Assembly: GCA_032249395.1 (NCBI GenBank) | Contig: JAVVFY010000002.1 | Span: 32,001-96,000 of the forward strand | Reading direction: 5' to 3' | From: Candidatus Aenigmatarchaeota archaeon | GTDB taxonomy: Archaea > Aenigmatarchaeota > Aenigmatarchaeia > CG10238-14 > SpSt-28 | DNA: 64,000 nucleotides | Shown: positions 36,094 to 46,472 of the stretch, one piece after another | Layout of the letters: each line of letters opens with the position of its first letter | Position numbering within the stretch: the first letter of the stretch is position 1 | The notes under the pieces: generated by a model | The model's input: the letters and a program-made list of their open reading frames with translations, nothing else | The model's database searches: none | What the model was told of the DNA's origin: nothing | Translations under genes and position numbers: made by a program

Positions 36094-37263
36094 CTATAAT
36101 GGTCTCCAACTATAATCATTGCTCGTTATAACTTCAAAAATTAAAGAAATGTTTCTAAACTTAGTAGTTCCTTCTAATTTGTCAAAAACTGGATATTGAT
36201 CTTTAGTAGTAATATTAACGCTAGCACTAACTGCAGCAAAATACTTATACTCATAAACAAGATTATAATACATTTTGTAATATTCTCCACACATTCCACA
36301 ATAACATTTGTTATCTTCAAACTTAGATTTTTCGTAGCCATTTTGCCTACAATAATCATCGCAAGGAATGGTGCCATTATCTACTTGATACCAAACTTCT
36401 CTTTTGCATCCGCATGCTTTATTCTCTTCAAATCTTTCATATTTTTCGCTACTTTCATGCTTTACTTTTATTTTATTAACTTTCATTTCAAGAAAGTTAA
36501 AAGCATATTCTTTGGGTTCTTCAGTTTTCTTAATAACTTTGTTTTTAAATTTTTCATCAGCGTCCTTACAATTCTCATCCAAAACGCTCTCTGCATCTTT
36601 CTTATTATATTCACAAACGTTTCCCAAATCAATTTTCTTGCACTTTTCTTCCATTTCCTCCTTTTCCACTTTTTCTATAATTTCTCTAACCTTATCTCTG
36701 CTTATAAAATCGCTTCTTCCAATATCATAAGAAGCAAAAACATCATACGGTAAATAAACTTCTCTACTAGCATTTTCACGAATAGCAAAAAAATTTCCTG
36801 AATAGTTAAAATGTTGATTAAAAGAAACTAGCATTATTGGTGCTAATCTTTCAGTAACATACTTAAAAGTAACCTTTGGATTAGAGAATTCGAAGCGTGG
36901 TTCAAAACTATTTAGGTTTTCCAAATATTGTGTTATATATTCTTCAGTCATACTTCTAATATTTTCTTCATAAGAAGGAAAGTTGACAGTTTCATAGTAT
37001 CTCCATTCTTTTATGCTACTTTCATCTTTAAACCCACCCAATTTTCCAATTTCGTAAGCAGCCTGAAAGAATGAATAATTATAGGCTTTATCTAAACCAA
37101 TCTTAACCGCCTCAACGAAGTCAACAGATTTTAAAATCTCGCTGCTCTTTAAAGAAATCTTTAAATTGATGTAATGGCTTGAAATAGCTGCATAAAAAGC
37201 TCCGCTAAAAGCTAGAATTAATATAGCTATTGTAAGTATAACACCAACAAACGTCCCCTTCAT
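36094..37263 (-). CDS. Large pilin-like protein (MKG/TFVG), Cys-rich C-terminus
   Basis: Class III-like signal; located in pilus operon. Confidence 0.68.
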   Translation of the reverse strand: MKGTFVGVILTIAILILAFSGAFYAAISSHYINLKISLKSSEILKSVDFVEAVKIGLDKAYNYSFFQAAYEIGKLGGFKDESSIKEWRYYETVNFPSYEENIRSMTEEYITQYLENLNSFEPRFEFSNPKVTFKYVTERLAPIMLVSFNQHFNYSGNFFAIRENASREVYLPYDVFASYDIGRSDFISRDKVREIIEKVEKEEMEEKCKKIDLGNVCEYNKKDAESVLDENCKDADEKFKNKVIKKTEEPKEYAFNFLEMKVNKIKVKHESSEKYERFEENKACGCKREVWYQVDNGTIPCDDYCRQNGYEKSKFEDNKCYCGMCGEYYKMYYNLVYEYKYFAAVSASVNITTKDQYPVFDKLEGTTKFRNISLIFEVITSNDYSWRPL

Positions 37264-37270
37264 TCTCTAA

Positions 37271-37798
37271 TCACCTTCCAACCCCTACTCTATTATCGGA
37301 AGCTTTAGTAGTTGTTTCTGTTGGTTGTAATCTTTCTCCTTCTTCATAATTAAGATAAAGATATTCAATAAGCTTTGCATTGTTATAAGGAGTAAAAATT
37401 GGAACTGCTGCACTGAATCTAGTCTTAGAACAATCTCCAAAATATTCTTTTTTCTTGAACTCCAAAATAGTTTTAGAACCAAGAGTAACTTTATAGCATT
37501 TAGGAACTAAATCAAAATATTGGAATAGGGAATCATTTAAAAAATTTATGAAATTCTCATCTTTATGATAATAAAAAGTAGAAATCATCTCATAAACACT
37601 TTTAGAGCTGTAATTCAAAGAAAGAAGAGAGAGTAACAACCTATAAGCTTCGTTACCTTCATACATAAATTTAATGCTTATCTCGCTTCTTACATTAACG
37701 AACCAAGACAATAGAGCAACACCAATAACAAATATAACTAAAGCAATAAGCAACATTCCTATGTCGAAAGGTGCAATTTGTCCTCTCATTTTGTCCAC
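37271..37798 (-). CDS. Type IV pilin-like protein (MRG/QIAPF)
   Basis: RG/Q processing site plus hydrophobic helix. Confidence 0.72.
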   Translation of the reverse strand: MDKMRGQIAPFDIGMLLIALVIFVIGVALLSWFVNVRSEISIKFMYEGNEAYRLLLSLLSLNYSSKSVYEMISTFYYHKDENFINFLNDSLFQYFDLVPKCYKVTLGSKTILEFKKKEYFGDCSKTRFSAAVPIFTPYNNAKLIEYLYLNYEEGERLQPTETTTKASDNRVGVGR

Positions 37799-38583
37799 TC
37801 CAATATAGCAACTATAACTCTTCCTTTGTGAATACTACCATCTTCATAAATTATATTTACTGGGAGACCTCTCTTCCCTATTGGATTCCCTGTTTGAAAA
37901 AAGTCTCTTATATACTCTCCGCTTTGTTCAAAACACTCAACAATCTTATCGGCAGAAAGTACAAAAGAAATTACAGAACCGACAGCACAGCCTGCAGCAA
38001 CTCCTACAATAGCACCTACACCAAAAATCCATTTTCCTGCTGCCACTCCCAGTGTAGCACCTGCTGCACAACCTTTAGGAACTCTAGGCGCAATAACACC
38101 AAAAGAGCAAGTAGCAAAATTTGTAACTGGATTATCAAAAAGAATATCTTTTGTTAGGCTAACTGTGGCTCCTCCCCAAATCAAACATTCTTTTTTATCA
38201 CATCTGTCTATATCTATAATATAAATCCATGAGATAGAATTAGGATAAGCCAAATCTAACTTTTCTAATGTAATCAAGTTGCTAGGGTTTATAGTTTGCC
38301 TTATAAAATCTTCATCAATCCCCTTGTTAGATTTAATAAAAATTTCATCAAGTTTTTTAGAATCGAGAACTCCTCTATATCTAATTCCATCCTTTTCGTA
38401 AACGATTTTTTCGTGAGAAATTAAAGCATTTGCTAAATAAAAGGCGTCCCTTTCTGATCTAGCTTGCATGTTTAAAATGTGAATTTCTTGAAAATGCTTA
38501 AAAAGTATAGCTACTATAAAAGCTGCAACACCTACAGCAAAAAGCCCAGATATTATAACATTAGTCGTAACGTCGCCTCTCAT
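37786..38583 (-). CDS. Type IV pilin-like protein (MRG/DVTT) with internal glycine-zipper segment
   Basis: Class III-like signal; GCAAGATLGVAAG...GAIVGVAAGCAVG. Confidence 0.7.
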   Translation of the reverse strand: MRGDVTTNVIISGLFAVGVAAFIVAILFKHFQEIHILNMQARSERDAFYLANALISHEKIVYEKDGIRYRGVLDSKKLDEIFIKSNKGIDEDFIRQTINPSNLITLEKLDLAYPNSISWIYIIDIDRCDKKECLIWGGATVSLTKDILFDNPVTNFATCSFGVIAPRVPKGCAAGATLGVAAGKWIFGVGAIVGVAAGCAVGSVISFVLSADKIVECFEQSGEYIRDFFQTGNPIGKRGLPVNIIYEDGSIHKGRVIVAILEWTK

Positions 38584-39033
38584 TCACTCCAACCTTGCAT
38601 AAATTTCGTAATAAGATTTTCTATCCTTTTCAAACTTTTTGATATAAAATCTATTTACATCTTTGAAATTATAATCATCAAAACTTGTACAAAACGGAGA
38701 TTTAAACGGTTCGCTTTTAATAAAAGGCTGGGAAAACTTTGCATATACTTCAACTACTCTAGAAGCTATTTTTACGTCGTATAAAATGTTTTCAGAAGGT
38801 TTGTAATAAATATCTATCTCGCTTGGAGTTGAGCCAGCTGCAGACATTAAACTAGAAAGTTGTATCGCAACATTCTGAGAAGATGATTCTGCAATATTCT
38901 CAAAAATTAAAGATACCGCATTAGAGAGTATTCTTGATAGTATGAGTAGAGTTATAATGGTAACAACAAATATTGCCAAAAACCATTCAATTTTTAGCTG
39001 AGATTTAAGTATTCTAATCTTTTTTGCAGACAT
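38584..39033 (-). CDS. Type IV pilin-like protein (KS/QLKIE)
   Basis: KS/Q with E at +5 and hydrophobic helix; start set at MSAKK. Confidence 0.7.
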   Translation of the reverse strand: MSAKKIRILKSQLKIEWFLAIFVVTIITLLILSRILSNAVSLIFENIAESSSQNVAIQLSSLMSAAGSTPSEIDIYYKPSENILYDVKIASRVVEVYAKFSQPFIKSEPFKSPFCTSFDDYNFKDVNRFYIKKFEKDRKSYYEIYARLE

Positions 39034-39271
39034 TTTCTCTACACCAATTCTCATCGATTTTAACATCACACCCTTCTAAAATAGATTGTGAAGGATTCTC
39101 ATTTCTACACAAAGCATAGCAATATTCATTAACTTTTGCAGCACAACCAAACTTTGAAATAATCTCTACAAACTTATTCCCTACCACTTCATAAAGAATC
39201 AAAACAGTTGAAATTAAAGTAATTGCTATTAAAGCTAATTTAAAAACAAAAGACCAAGCAACAGATTTCAT
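39014..39271 (-). CDS. Small pilin-like protein (MKS/VAWS), six Cys
   Basis: Class III-like signal; Cys-rich head. Confidence 0.65.
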   Translation of the reverse strand: MKSVAWSFVFKLALIAITLISTVLILYEVVGNKFVEIISKFGCAAKVNEYCYALCRNENPSQSILEGCDVKIDENWCRENVCKKD

Positions 39272-39310
39272 ATAAAAATTATAAGATGATAGCGTAAATT
39301 CTTTTTAACT

Positions 39311-40462
39311 TTATACACCTAACGAAGGTGGAGGTGGAGTAGAGGGGCGAGGAGGAGTAGGAAGATGTAAACGTCCTTCATATGTTATGTTAAATGTTAC
39401 ATCTTGGAGAAAACATATTATACCAACTTCTCCCATACAATCTTGAGTTATATCTTTTATTTTGACTCGAATGGATCCTCCTCCACTAGTTTGAAAAACT
39501 GTTTCAAAATCTTTACAATTATTATTAGCAATATGATAGCTGCAAGAATCAGACAAAGTAGATTTTTTTCCACCTCCCCAAAAACTCATGTTTAACTTAC
39601 CTATTTCGTCTTTTAAACTAAGTATGTAATTATAGTCTTTTAATTCATCGCCCTGCTTCTTTTCTGCATCAACGCTAATTCTAAGAAGTCTTTCATCAAT
39701 CCCGTACCCCAACATCTCTCTATTGCCCTTAAAATCTACTTTAACTTCGTAAGACTGACCACTCGAATAAAACGAATAGTATCCAGAAAAAGACCCTTTC
39801 GTACCTACTGGTACGTATATCCCACCTTTATAATAAATTATGCCAGATATTTCGTATGACGACTTATCTACTGTTGCTGACTCCAAACAAACATTTCCTT
39901 CTGGACATGAATATGGAGGATTTTCTTCATTAACAAAATTAACAAGATTTACAGAGTTTCCAATAGTAAAAGATGCGAATCTAGAACCGGAATATACTTT
40001 ACCTCCTTCGCCTGTCGGTCTCAGTAAAAACACGTATTCTTTTCCTGAATCTACATTTCTTTTATTTCTAAGAGTTTTAACCCTAACTTCCTGAGGTTCG
40101 CCGAGGTTTATTCTAAGTGGAAATTGCCAATAAGCTTTTCTACATTGCTCACCATCCGCTTTCAACGCGCTAGGTAGAGAACATATTTCGTCATAATTAA
40201 TAAGAGAGAGTACTTCAATATCTCTACACCACTTATCTACATTAGGATGTCTACAGCCAACACCTGTATTAGCACAAATGTGATAATAACAAATCAAAGC
40301 TTTTTCTAAAGGTGTTGGAGGAGAAAAAAATCCTTCAAAGAAATATACTACCGTATCCTTTGTCCATGAGAAAACTCTCATAAGAAGAATACCACTTAAA
40401 ATAATAATAATAACCATTATTATCAAAGAACCCACTACCGCAATTGGAATTGCTCCCCTCAT
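39311..40462 (-). CDS. Large pilin-like/adhesin protein (MRG/AIPI) with Pro-rich C-terminus
   Basis: Class III-like signal; Cys pairs; PTPPRPSTPPPP tail. Confidence 0.68.
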   Translation of the reverse strand: MRGAIPIAVVGSLIIMVIIIILSGILLMRVFSWTKDTVVYFFEGFFSPPTPLEKALICYYHICANTGVGCRHPNVDKWCRDIEVLSLINYDEICSLPSALKADGEQCRKAYWQFPLRINLGEPQEVRVKTLRNKRNVDSGKEYVFLLRPTGEGGKVYSGSRFASFTIGNSVNLVNFVNEENPPYSCPEGNVCLESATVDKSSYEISGIIYYKGGIYVPVGTKGSFSGYYSFYSSGQSYEVKVDFKGNREMLGYGIDERLLRISVDAEKKQGDELKDYNYILSLKDEIGKLNMSFWGGGKKSTLSDSCSYHIANNNCKDFETVFQTSGGGSIRVKIKDITQDCMGEVGIICFLQDVTFNITYEGRLHLPTPPRPSTPPPPSLGV

Positions 40463-40490
40463 AACCTACTTATTTTTATAGAATAAAAAA

Positions 40491-40673
40491 TTAGCCACAA
40501 ACTCTGCCTATAATCGGTAATTTACTACATATATTTTTAATTAAATCTTCTATCAGCTCTATCAAAAATTCTTTAGTAGCTGGAATTAACCTAGAGTAAA
40601 TTAACAAGATTAAAACCAAACAAAGTATAAGTATGATTCCAGAACCTACTACCCAAATTGCCATTCCTTTCAC
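40491..40673 (-). CDS. Small pilin (MKG/MAIW), 60 aa
   Basis: KG followed by a hydrophobic helix; C-terminal Cys pair. Confidence 0.68.
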   Translation of the reverse strand: MKGMAIWVVGSGIILILCLVLILLIYSRLIPATKEFLIELIEDLIKNICSKLPIIGRVCG

Positions 40674-40796
40674 TCAACCACCACTTAAAATTCTCCTAAC
40701 CATTTCATTAGAAACAATATAATAAATAACAATAGCAAATAGAAAAAGAATTAGTAAAACTATCAAAGCCATTGTTTTTGATACGGTAGAGCTCAT
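40674..40796 (-). CDS. Very small pilin-like peptide (40 aa)
   Basis: MSSTVSKTMALIVLLILFLFAIVIYYIVSNEMVRRILSGG; ATG overlaps the upstream TGA (ATGA). Confidence 0.55.
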   Translation of the reverse strand: MSSTVSKTMALIVLLILFLFAIVIYYIVSNEMVRRILSGG

Positions 40797-42688
40797 AATA
40801 TAATAGGATAAGCTGAAATTATAAGTTTCATTATATAATATAAACCAACAGAAAATAAACAATAAATTATCAGAGATATTAAAACTGCCTTTCCTATATC
40901 TTTTATTTTGCTTACTTCGTCTTCTCCGTATTTCAACTCTCCTAAGAAATAAGAAAGCATAACAACTATAGAAATCATGTATAAACCAATAACTATTTGG
41001 AATTCTGGAAGATATATTGTTTTTGATAAGCCTAACAACCAACCCATAGCCTCTAGAGTAGTTTTATATTCTTTACCAGTAAACGCTCTTTCCAACTCTT
41101 GTAAAGGTGCGACAAAAGTATAAAACACTATAGCTAACATTGATAGTAAACCTACTATAATTCCTGCACTCAAAGGTGCAAATATATAAACAATTATCTT
41201 CATGTCAGAGGTTACTTCATCTAAAATCTCATCAGTAAATTTATTAACATCTTTCGCATCTTCCAAAAATCTTGCAATGGAATCTAAAGCCCTTGAAATA
41301 GCTAAACTACCTTTATTGGCAAGGTCTATAACAGTTTTTATAACAACTTTAATCATTCTTGAATTATAGCTTCTTAAAGCCCCAACATTTTCATCAAAAA
41401 AAGCCTTCTCCAAACTTAAGCCATACTTCATTTTTTCTGAAGCTTTTGAAAAAATCTCTTTTATACTTAAATCCTTAAGATGAGTTGGTACTTCTTCTAT
41501 AATCCTCTCTATAGGTTTTCCTGTTCTGCACAAAGATGCTAGTTGATATGAAGCGGTAGGTAATTCGTCTTCAAAAACTAAAATTTTATTATTAGTTTCT
41601 TCTAAACCAAATCTGTAAAAATAGCTTGCAAGAAAAATTGTTAAACCTATAGAAATTGTAACACCAACAGAAGCAAGAAATTGTTTATCTCCAAATTCTC
41701 CCTTAGATGAAAAAACTATAAATAAAAGCGGTGTTGTTAAAACTACTATAAACAAAAGAGAAAATATCGTAACCATTATTTTTCTGTTTTTGTGTTCTAT
41801 ACTAGAAAACTCTATTTGATGATAAGAATATGGTCTAGAATAAAAATGTTGTCTTAGCAACAAGTAAATTATGGACGGCAATATAATAAGATAAAGAATA
41901 TATATAAAGCTAGTTTTTATTATATCAGGCAAGAAAATAGAAGCTAAGGGTAAAAAAATCATCAACAATAAAGGTAAAAACACTCCAAAATTAGTTAGTA
42001 TACTCAATGGTGTTTTTAGATTAAGGGCATAGTCTTTCATTCTAGTTTTTGTCTTTTTTAATACCATTTCCACAGCTTCATTAATAGTTTCATGAAATTT
42101 ATCTTCTGATAAATTAATGCTACTCTTCAAAAGCGAAATAGCGTCAACGAATTCTTCGCTTTCCTTCCTCCACTTTTCAGCTACCTTAGAAAGTTCTTCC
42201 GAGATTGATATAGATTTGCCTGTTTGAACATTCCAAAGTGCTCTCTTTAAATCTAGGCCAAGCAATCCTCTCAAATTATTTGCGGCAAAACTTACTGCAA
42301 CTTCTAAATTTTTAGTAGTTTGTAACGAAATAGACATGTAAATTATTGAAAGGACCATCTCAGAAGAAAATTTAGACCTATAGTAAATTGTTTGAAACTT
42401 TGTGTAATTAAATAAAAAGTAAAAAATGATTAACGAAAGAAGTAGAAAGCTTATTATAAAATCTATAGTTGCAAAACCAAAGAAATATAGAATTAAATAA
42501 GATATAAAGAAAAAAACAGTTGGAACTATTATAGAAGTTGAAAAAACTTCGGATGGAGTTACTTCAAAATGACAAAAATCTATCTCTTCTTTCAATCTTT
42601 TTTCAAAAAATTTAGGAACTGGAATTTTAATCTTGCCAAAAATTTTACAAAACTTCTCGAAATTTGTAAGCTTTCTGTATTCGCTCAT
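40793..42688 (-). CDS. Type IV pilus platform protein (TadB/TadC/ArlJ-like, two T2SSF domains)
   Basis: Two cytoplasmic helical domains (NLEVAV...LGLDLKRAL; GKPIERII...GLSLEKAF), each followed by TMs; coupled to the ATPase. Confidence 0.85.
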   Translation of the reverse strand: MSEYRKLTNFEKFCKIFGKIKIPVPKFFEKRLKEEIDFCHFEVTPSEVFSTSIIVPTVFFFISYLILYFFGFATIDFIISFLLLSLIIFYFLFNYTKFQTIYYRSKFSSEMVLSIIYMSISLQTTKNLEVAVSFAANNLRGLLGLDLKRALWNVQTGKSISISEELSKVAEKWRKESEEFVDAISLLKSSINLSEDKFHETINEAVEMVLKKTKTRMKDYALNLKTPLSILTNFGVFLPLLLMIFLPLASIFLPDIIKTSFIYILYLIILPSIIYLLLRQHFYSRPYSYHQIEFSSIEHKNRKIMVTIFSLLFIVVLTTPLLFIVFSSKGEFGDKQFLASVGVTISIGLTIFLASYFYRFGLEETNNKILVFEDELPTASYQLASLCRTGKPIERIIEEVPTHLKDLSIKEIFSKASEKMKYGLSLEKAFFDENVGALRSYNSRMIKVVIKTVIDLANKGSLAISRALDSIARFLEDAKDVNKFTDEILDEVTSDMKIIVYIFAPLSAGIIVGLLSMLAIVFYTFVAPLQELERAFTGKEYKTTLEAMGWLLGLSKTIYLPEFQIVIGLYMISIVVMLSYFLGELKYGEDEVSKIKDIGKAVLISLIIYCLFSVGLYYIMKLIISAYPIIL

Positions 42689-44853
42689 GCCTTAAGCCTC
42701 TCTTTAAACCATTTTAACCACTTTTCGTATATAATTTTAGAATCGTAAGAGCCTGTTTCATCATAAACTTTACTAGAAATTAAATGGAATGCCTCATTAG
42801 CACTGACTACCCAATCTGCTTCTAATATTTCTGGCTTATTCAACTTCTCTGCAAAATCAACAATGGTTTTTTTAATCTTAGCCCTAAGAAGTATATTATC
42901 CCAAACCTTTTCCCAAGCACCATGCCATTCTCTAATTCTTTTAGAGATTTCGTTCAAAACTTCTGACTCGCCATTTAACAAAACGTCAGTAGGCTTTAAA
43001 GCATCTTCTTTGGCTGAATAAGTCATTAGAGGAACGAAAGCTCCCTCTAACATAGGATCTTCTTTCCATTTCTTTCTAACCTCAACAACTTCTGTAACTC
43101 TTCTGAATCTTCTGAGTCCATCAGGACTAGTTATTATGTTTGTTATTATAATTATGTCTAGGGCTTTAAAGCTCGTGGGAACCAAACCTAAATCATTAAC
43201 TACTCTATCGTAAACGCCATACGCAGATTCGCCATGAATGGTGCCGGCAACCAAATTAGCTAAAGCTCCTATTCTCATAGCTTCGAATAAAACTGTAGAT
43301 TCTTTGCTTCTAACTTCCCCAACTATAAGAGCTGAATCTCCTAATCTCAAGGCAGTTCTTAAAGCTTCTTCTGGAGCTAATTCCGTCTCTACATGAGTTA
43401 TTACAGAACGGGATTTCAAATGCAAAATATTGTAACCAAGCCTTCTGTAAATTTCTATTGGAATCTCTGGAGTATCTTCCAGGACTATAACTCTATACTT
43501 TCTCATAAGCTCTAAAATCATCGAGGATAACAAACTAGTCTTACCTGAGCCTCTACCTCCAGCCACTAAAACTGCTCTTCCTCCATCTATAATAAAACTC
43601 ATTAGACCTGCGAACAAAGGATTGAAATACTTTACCTTAATGAACAAAGGGAAAGTCCAAGGGCTTTCTCTATGTCTTCTAAAAGCATACCCTAAACCCG
43701 CTGAAGATAAAGTTCTAGTAACAGCTGTCACTCTCGCTCTACCAAAAGGCAAGGTTATTTCAGTGTCCAATACTGGATTAGATTCGTCTAAAGGCCTTCC
43801 AGAATAAAGTCTAAATCTAGTAGCCCAAGATTCTGCTTCCTCCTGAGTTACAATTAAATTTGTTTCGCATTCACCATAATCCGCATGATTAATGAAAACA
43901 GGAAACTTTCCTACTGGAGCATTAATGTAAATATCTTGAATTCTTTCATCCGCCAAAAGTATTTCCAAAACACCGAAACCAACAGTATATCTAACTAGAA
44001 TTTCTGCCAGTTCTTCCAATTCCTTGGGAGATACAGTAATTTTTTTTCTTATCATAATCTCTTTTAACAAATTCCTAGCTCTCTCGAGGAATCCTCTCCT
44101 AATTAGTTCTAAATCTCTACTTTCCCTTTCTGTTAAACCTCTTTCGATTAATAAAGACCTTGCTTCATTTAGCAAAGAGTATTTTTCCTCAGAAAGAAAA
44201 AATTCCTTAGATAAAACAAAGTAAAGTGGTCTAACCACATTAGGAACTTTAAATATATTAACCTCGCTACCGTCCTTCAAATAATATTTCTCTATAAGCT
44301 CTGAATTCTTAGGAGGAAATAGGAAAAATCTGCTAAGCATAAATGTAGGCCTGATTACCGGAATGAAAACATGCCTATAGATATCTCTGGTTCCTGGAAC
44401 ATATTTATCTAGCTTCTCTCTAACCTCTTGAATTAATCTTGTTGATTCTAGCATAGACTTTAAAGGAATAAGAAATTCTCGAGAATATGGAGAATCTGGT
44501 TGCTTGAAAATATACATATTAGCTTTTACGTAACAAAAAATTGGATCGTAAAGAAGAGAATTTATCAATTCTCTAGTTATCGAATGATACTGCGGAAAAA
44601 AACTAAGGCTCAAAACTCCCTTTTCTTTTACAAAATAGCTGTAAATATTAACTATCTCTTTTAAAATTTTTACTTGATACTCCGGATATTCAATTTCTCT
44701 GTACTCAGATATCGTTATTCTCTCTACCTCTGGGAATTCCAATAATTTATTCATAATAAAGTTCATCATTTCTTTTGAATCTTCTATAGTTGTAAAAGAC
44801 GTCCAATCTTTAGCATTAACTCTAAGCTCGTTCGCTTTTACTTCAACTTCCAT
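42685..44853 (-). CDS. Type II/IV secretion (TadA/ArlI-like) pilus assembly ATPase
   Basis: GFGVLEILLAD, Walker A GGRGSGKT, LEDTPE, Walker B LIVGEVR, TIHG. Confidence 0.93.
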   Translation of the reverse strand: MEVEVKANELRVNAKDWTSFTTIEDSKEMMNFIMNKLLEFPEVERITISEYREIEYPEYQVKILKEIVNIYSYFVKEKGVLSLSFFPQYHSITRELINSLLYDPIFCYVKANMYIFKQPDSPYSREFLIPLKSMLESTRLIQEVREKLDKYVPGTRDIYRHVFIPVIRPTFMLSRFFLFPPKNSELIEKYYLKDGSEVNIFKVPNVVRPLYFVLSKEFFLSEEKYSLLNEARSLLIERGLTERESRDLELIRRGFLERARNLLKEIMIRKKITVSPKELEELAEILVRYTVGFGVLEILLADERIQDIYINAPVGKFPVFINHADYGECETNLIVTQEEAESWATRFRLYSGRPLDESNPVLDTEITLPFGRARVTAVTRTLSSAGLGYAFRRHRESPWTFPLFIKVKYFNPLFAGLMSFIIDGGRAVLVAGGRGSGKTSLLSSMILELMRKYRVIVLEDTPEIPIEIYRRLGYNILHLKSRSVITHVETELAPEEALRTALRLGDSALIVGEVRSKESTVLFEAMRIGALANLVAGTIHGESAYGVYDRVVNDLGLVPTSFKALDIIIITNIITSPDGLRRFRRVTEVVEVRKKWKEDPMLEGAFVPLMTYSAKEDALKPTDVLLNGESEVLNEISKRIREWHGAWEKVWDNILLRAKIKKTIVDFAEKLNKPEILEADWVVSANEAFHLISSKVYDETGSYDSKIIYEKWLKWFKERLKA

Positions 44854-44883
44854 ATATTTATTTGTCTACATTAAAATTATCCT

Positions 44884-45273
44884 ATGGCGGAAAAAACTCA
44901 AACTTTTCCTCTCGAAATAAACGAACTTAACAGAAGAATAAGAATGGTAGAAATAAAAACCAACATGCTTGAAGAAAGAATATCTTCTATAGAAAAACTT
45001 ATTCAACAACTAAGAGATGACATTAAAATAATAAAGGATTTAGAAGAAAAAAAGATCTCCGATATTAAAAACGAAATATCGTCAATAATAGAAAGTATAA
45101 AAGCTATTGATAAAAAGACTGACCAGTTCGCAACAAAAGTTGAACTACAAAAAATAAAAATTCTACTAGAAGTTTTTAACCCCCTAACTTCAAACTTTGT
45201 TTTAAAGGAAGAGCTAGAATCTAAATTAGAAGAGTTGAAGAAAAGTATTTTAAAACAAGAAAACAAAATATAA
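44884..45273 (+). CDS. Coiled-coil hypothetical protein
   Basis: Heptad pattern; divergent from the pilus ATPase with a 30-bp spacer. Confidence 0.7.
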   Translation: MAEKTQTFPLEINELNRRIRMVEIKTNMLEERISSIEKLIQQLRDDIKIIKDLEEKKISDIKNEISSIIESIKAIDKKTDQFATKVELQKIKILLEVFNPLTSNFVLKEELESKLEELKKSILKQENKI

Positions 45274-45906
45274 TTGGTGCTTATGCCACTCCAAATTTTT
45301 AAAAAACAACCTAAGACGCCTCCTGTGGAGAGAGTAAAAGAATTATCCTCCCATGGCTTTTCAGAACCAGAAATAATCGACGTATTAAGAAGAGAGGGGT
45401 ACAGCCCACAAGAAATAGATATAGCTTTAACACAAGCTTTAAAAGAAAAGTTGATGTCATCAAGCCAAGAAGCTAAAGAAGAAAAAACAGAAAAGATACC
45501 AAGCTTTGAAGAAGTAGTTAAAAAAATTCAACAAGAGCAACCAGAACAAATGCAGACTCTCCAACCCCAACCACAATATCCACAATATTCTTGGGAAGAT
45601 TACTTTAATTACATAGATTACCTAATTCATTCGAGAGTTAGCGAAATAGCAAAAGAGGTAGAAAAGATAAACCTAAAATCTCAAAATTTAGAGAATAGAA
45701 TAGAAGAAATAATAAGAGATTTTAAAGAAGCAACAAAAAGTAGAGAAGAGCATTACGATAAAATTTTGAAAAAAATAGAGGAGTTGAATTCGTCTATAAA
45801 CGAATTATCAAAGAGAATTAATGCTCTAGAGGAAATATTCAAAGAAATATTACCAGCTTTAATAGATTCCGTGAGATCTCTCTCTAGATTAGTAAAAGAA
45901 AAATGA
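45274..45906 (+). CDS. Hypothetical protein: small helical N-domain, Q/P linker, coiled coil
   Basis: GFSEPEIIDVLRREGYSPQEIDIAL; QPQPQYPQY linker; heptads. Confidence 0.72.
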   Translation: MVLMPLQIFKKQPKTPPVERVKELSSHGFSEPEIIDVLRREGYSPQEIDIALTQALKEKLMSSSQEAKEEKTEKIPSFEEVVKKIQQEQPEQMQTLQPQPQYPQYSWEDYFNYIDYLIHSRVSEIAKEVEKINLKSQNLENRIEEIIRDFKEATKSREEHYDKILKKIEELNSSINELSKRINALEEIFKEILPALIDSVRSLSRLVKEK

Positions 45907-45932
45907 TTTAAGTATAAAACACTAAACTAGTT

Positions 45933-46472
45933 ATGAGCAATTTGTATAGCTTAATAGTTAATAGGTTGTCTGAAGTTGGATTCTTCAATTTGCTAACATT
46001 TTTTCTTGCTTTGACCTTAATTTATGCCTTACTAAGACAAAAAAGAATATTAGGAGATAATGTAATTTTAAACGCCTTAATTGCTTTTTCAATTGCCTTT
46101 TTCATATTCGCATACCCAATAATAACTGGAGTCAGCCTTGTAGTTCCTTTAGCAACTTTTTTTTCTCAAGCTTTTGCAATATTGCTTATATTATTCGTAG
46201 GCTTCTTGATTGCTAGTTTATTGTACCCTAATTTACCAAAAACGCTCGAGCAAGTGTTCACGGGTGGCGAAGCACTTTACGTACTTATAGGCGTTTCTAT
46301 TGCCCTTTTTGTTAGTAGCGGCTTAGTTGGAGTATTTTACAGTTATATTGTACCTTCTTCTCAACCAACAGGACCGTCTGCACCGCCTGAGGTTATTCTA
46401 CTAGTAGTTGGTTTGATAATAGTTATTGTAGTCCTTCTTCTCGCCGAAAGAGTAGCAGGTGGTGGGAAATGA
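45933..46472 (+). CDS. Multi-pass membrane protein (paralog family member)
   Basis: GFFNLLTFFLALTLIYALLRQKRILGDNVILNALIAFSIAF. Confidence 0.78.
   Translation: MSNLYSLIVNRLSEVGFFNLLTFFLALTLIYALLRQKRILGDNVILNALIAFSIAFFIFAYPIITGVSLVVPLATFFSQAFAILLILFVGFLIASLLYPNLPKTLEQVFTGGEALYVLIGVSIALFVSSGLVGVFYSYIVPSSQPTGPSAPPEVILLVVGLIIVIVVLLLAERVAGGGK

Noticed and set aside
40797..41042. Upstream part of ORF 40674-41042
   Set aside because: Out-of-frame overlap with the platform gene; only the last 40 codons look like a real peptide.
40793..44853. Archaellum (arlI/arlJ) operon
   Set aside because: No recognisable archaellin, ArlH, ArlF/G or chemotaxis genes nearby.
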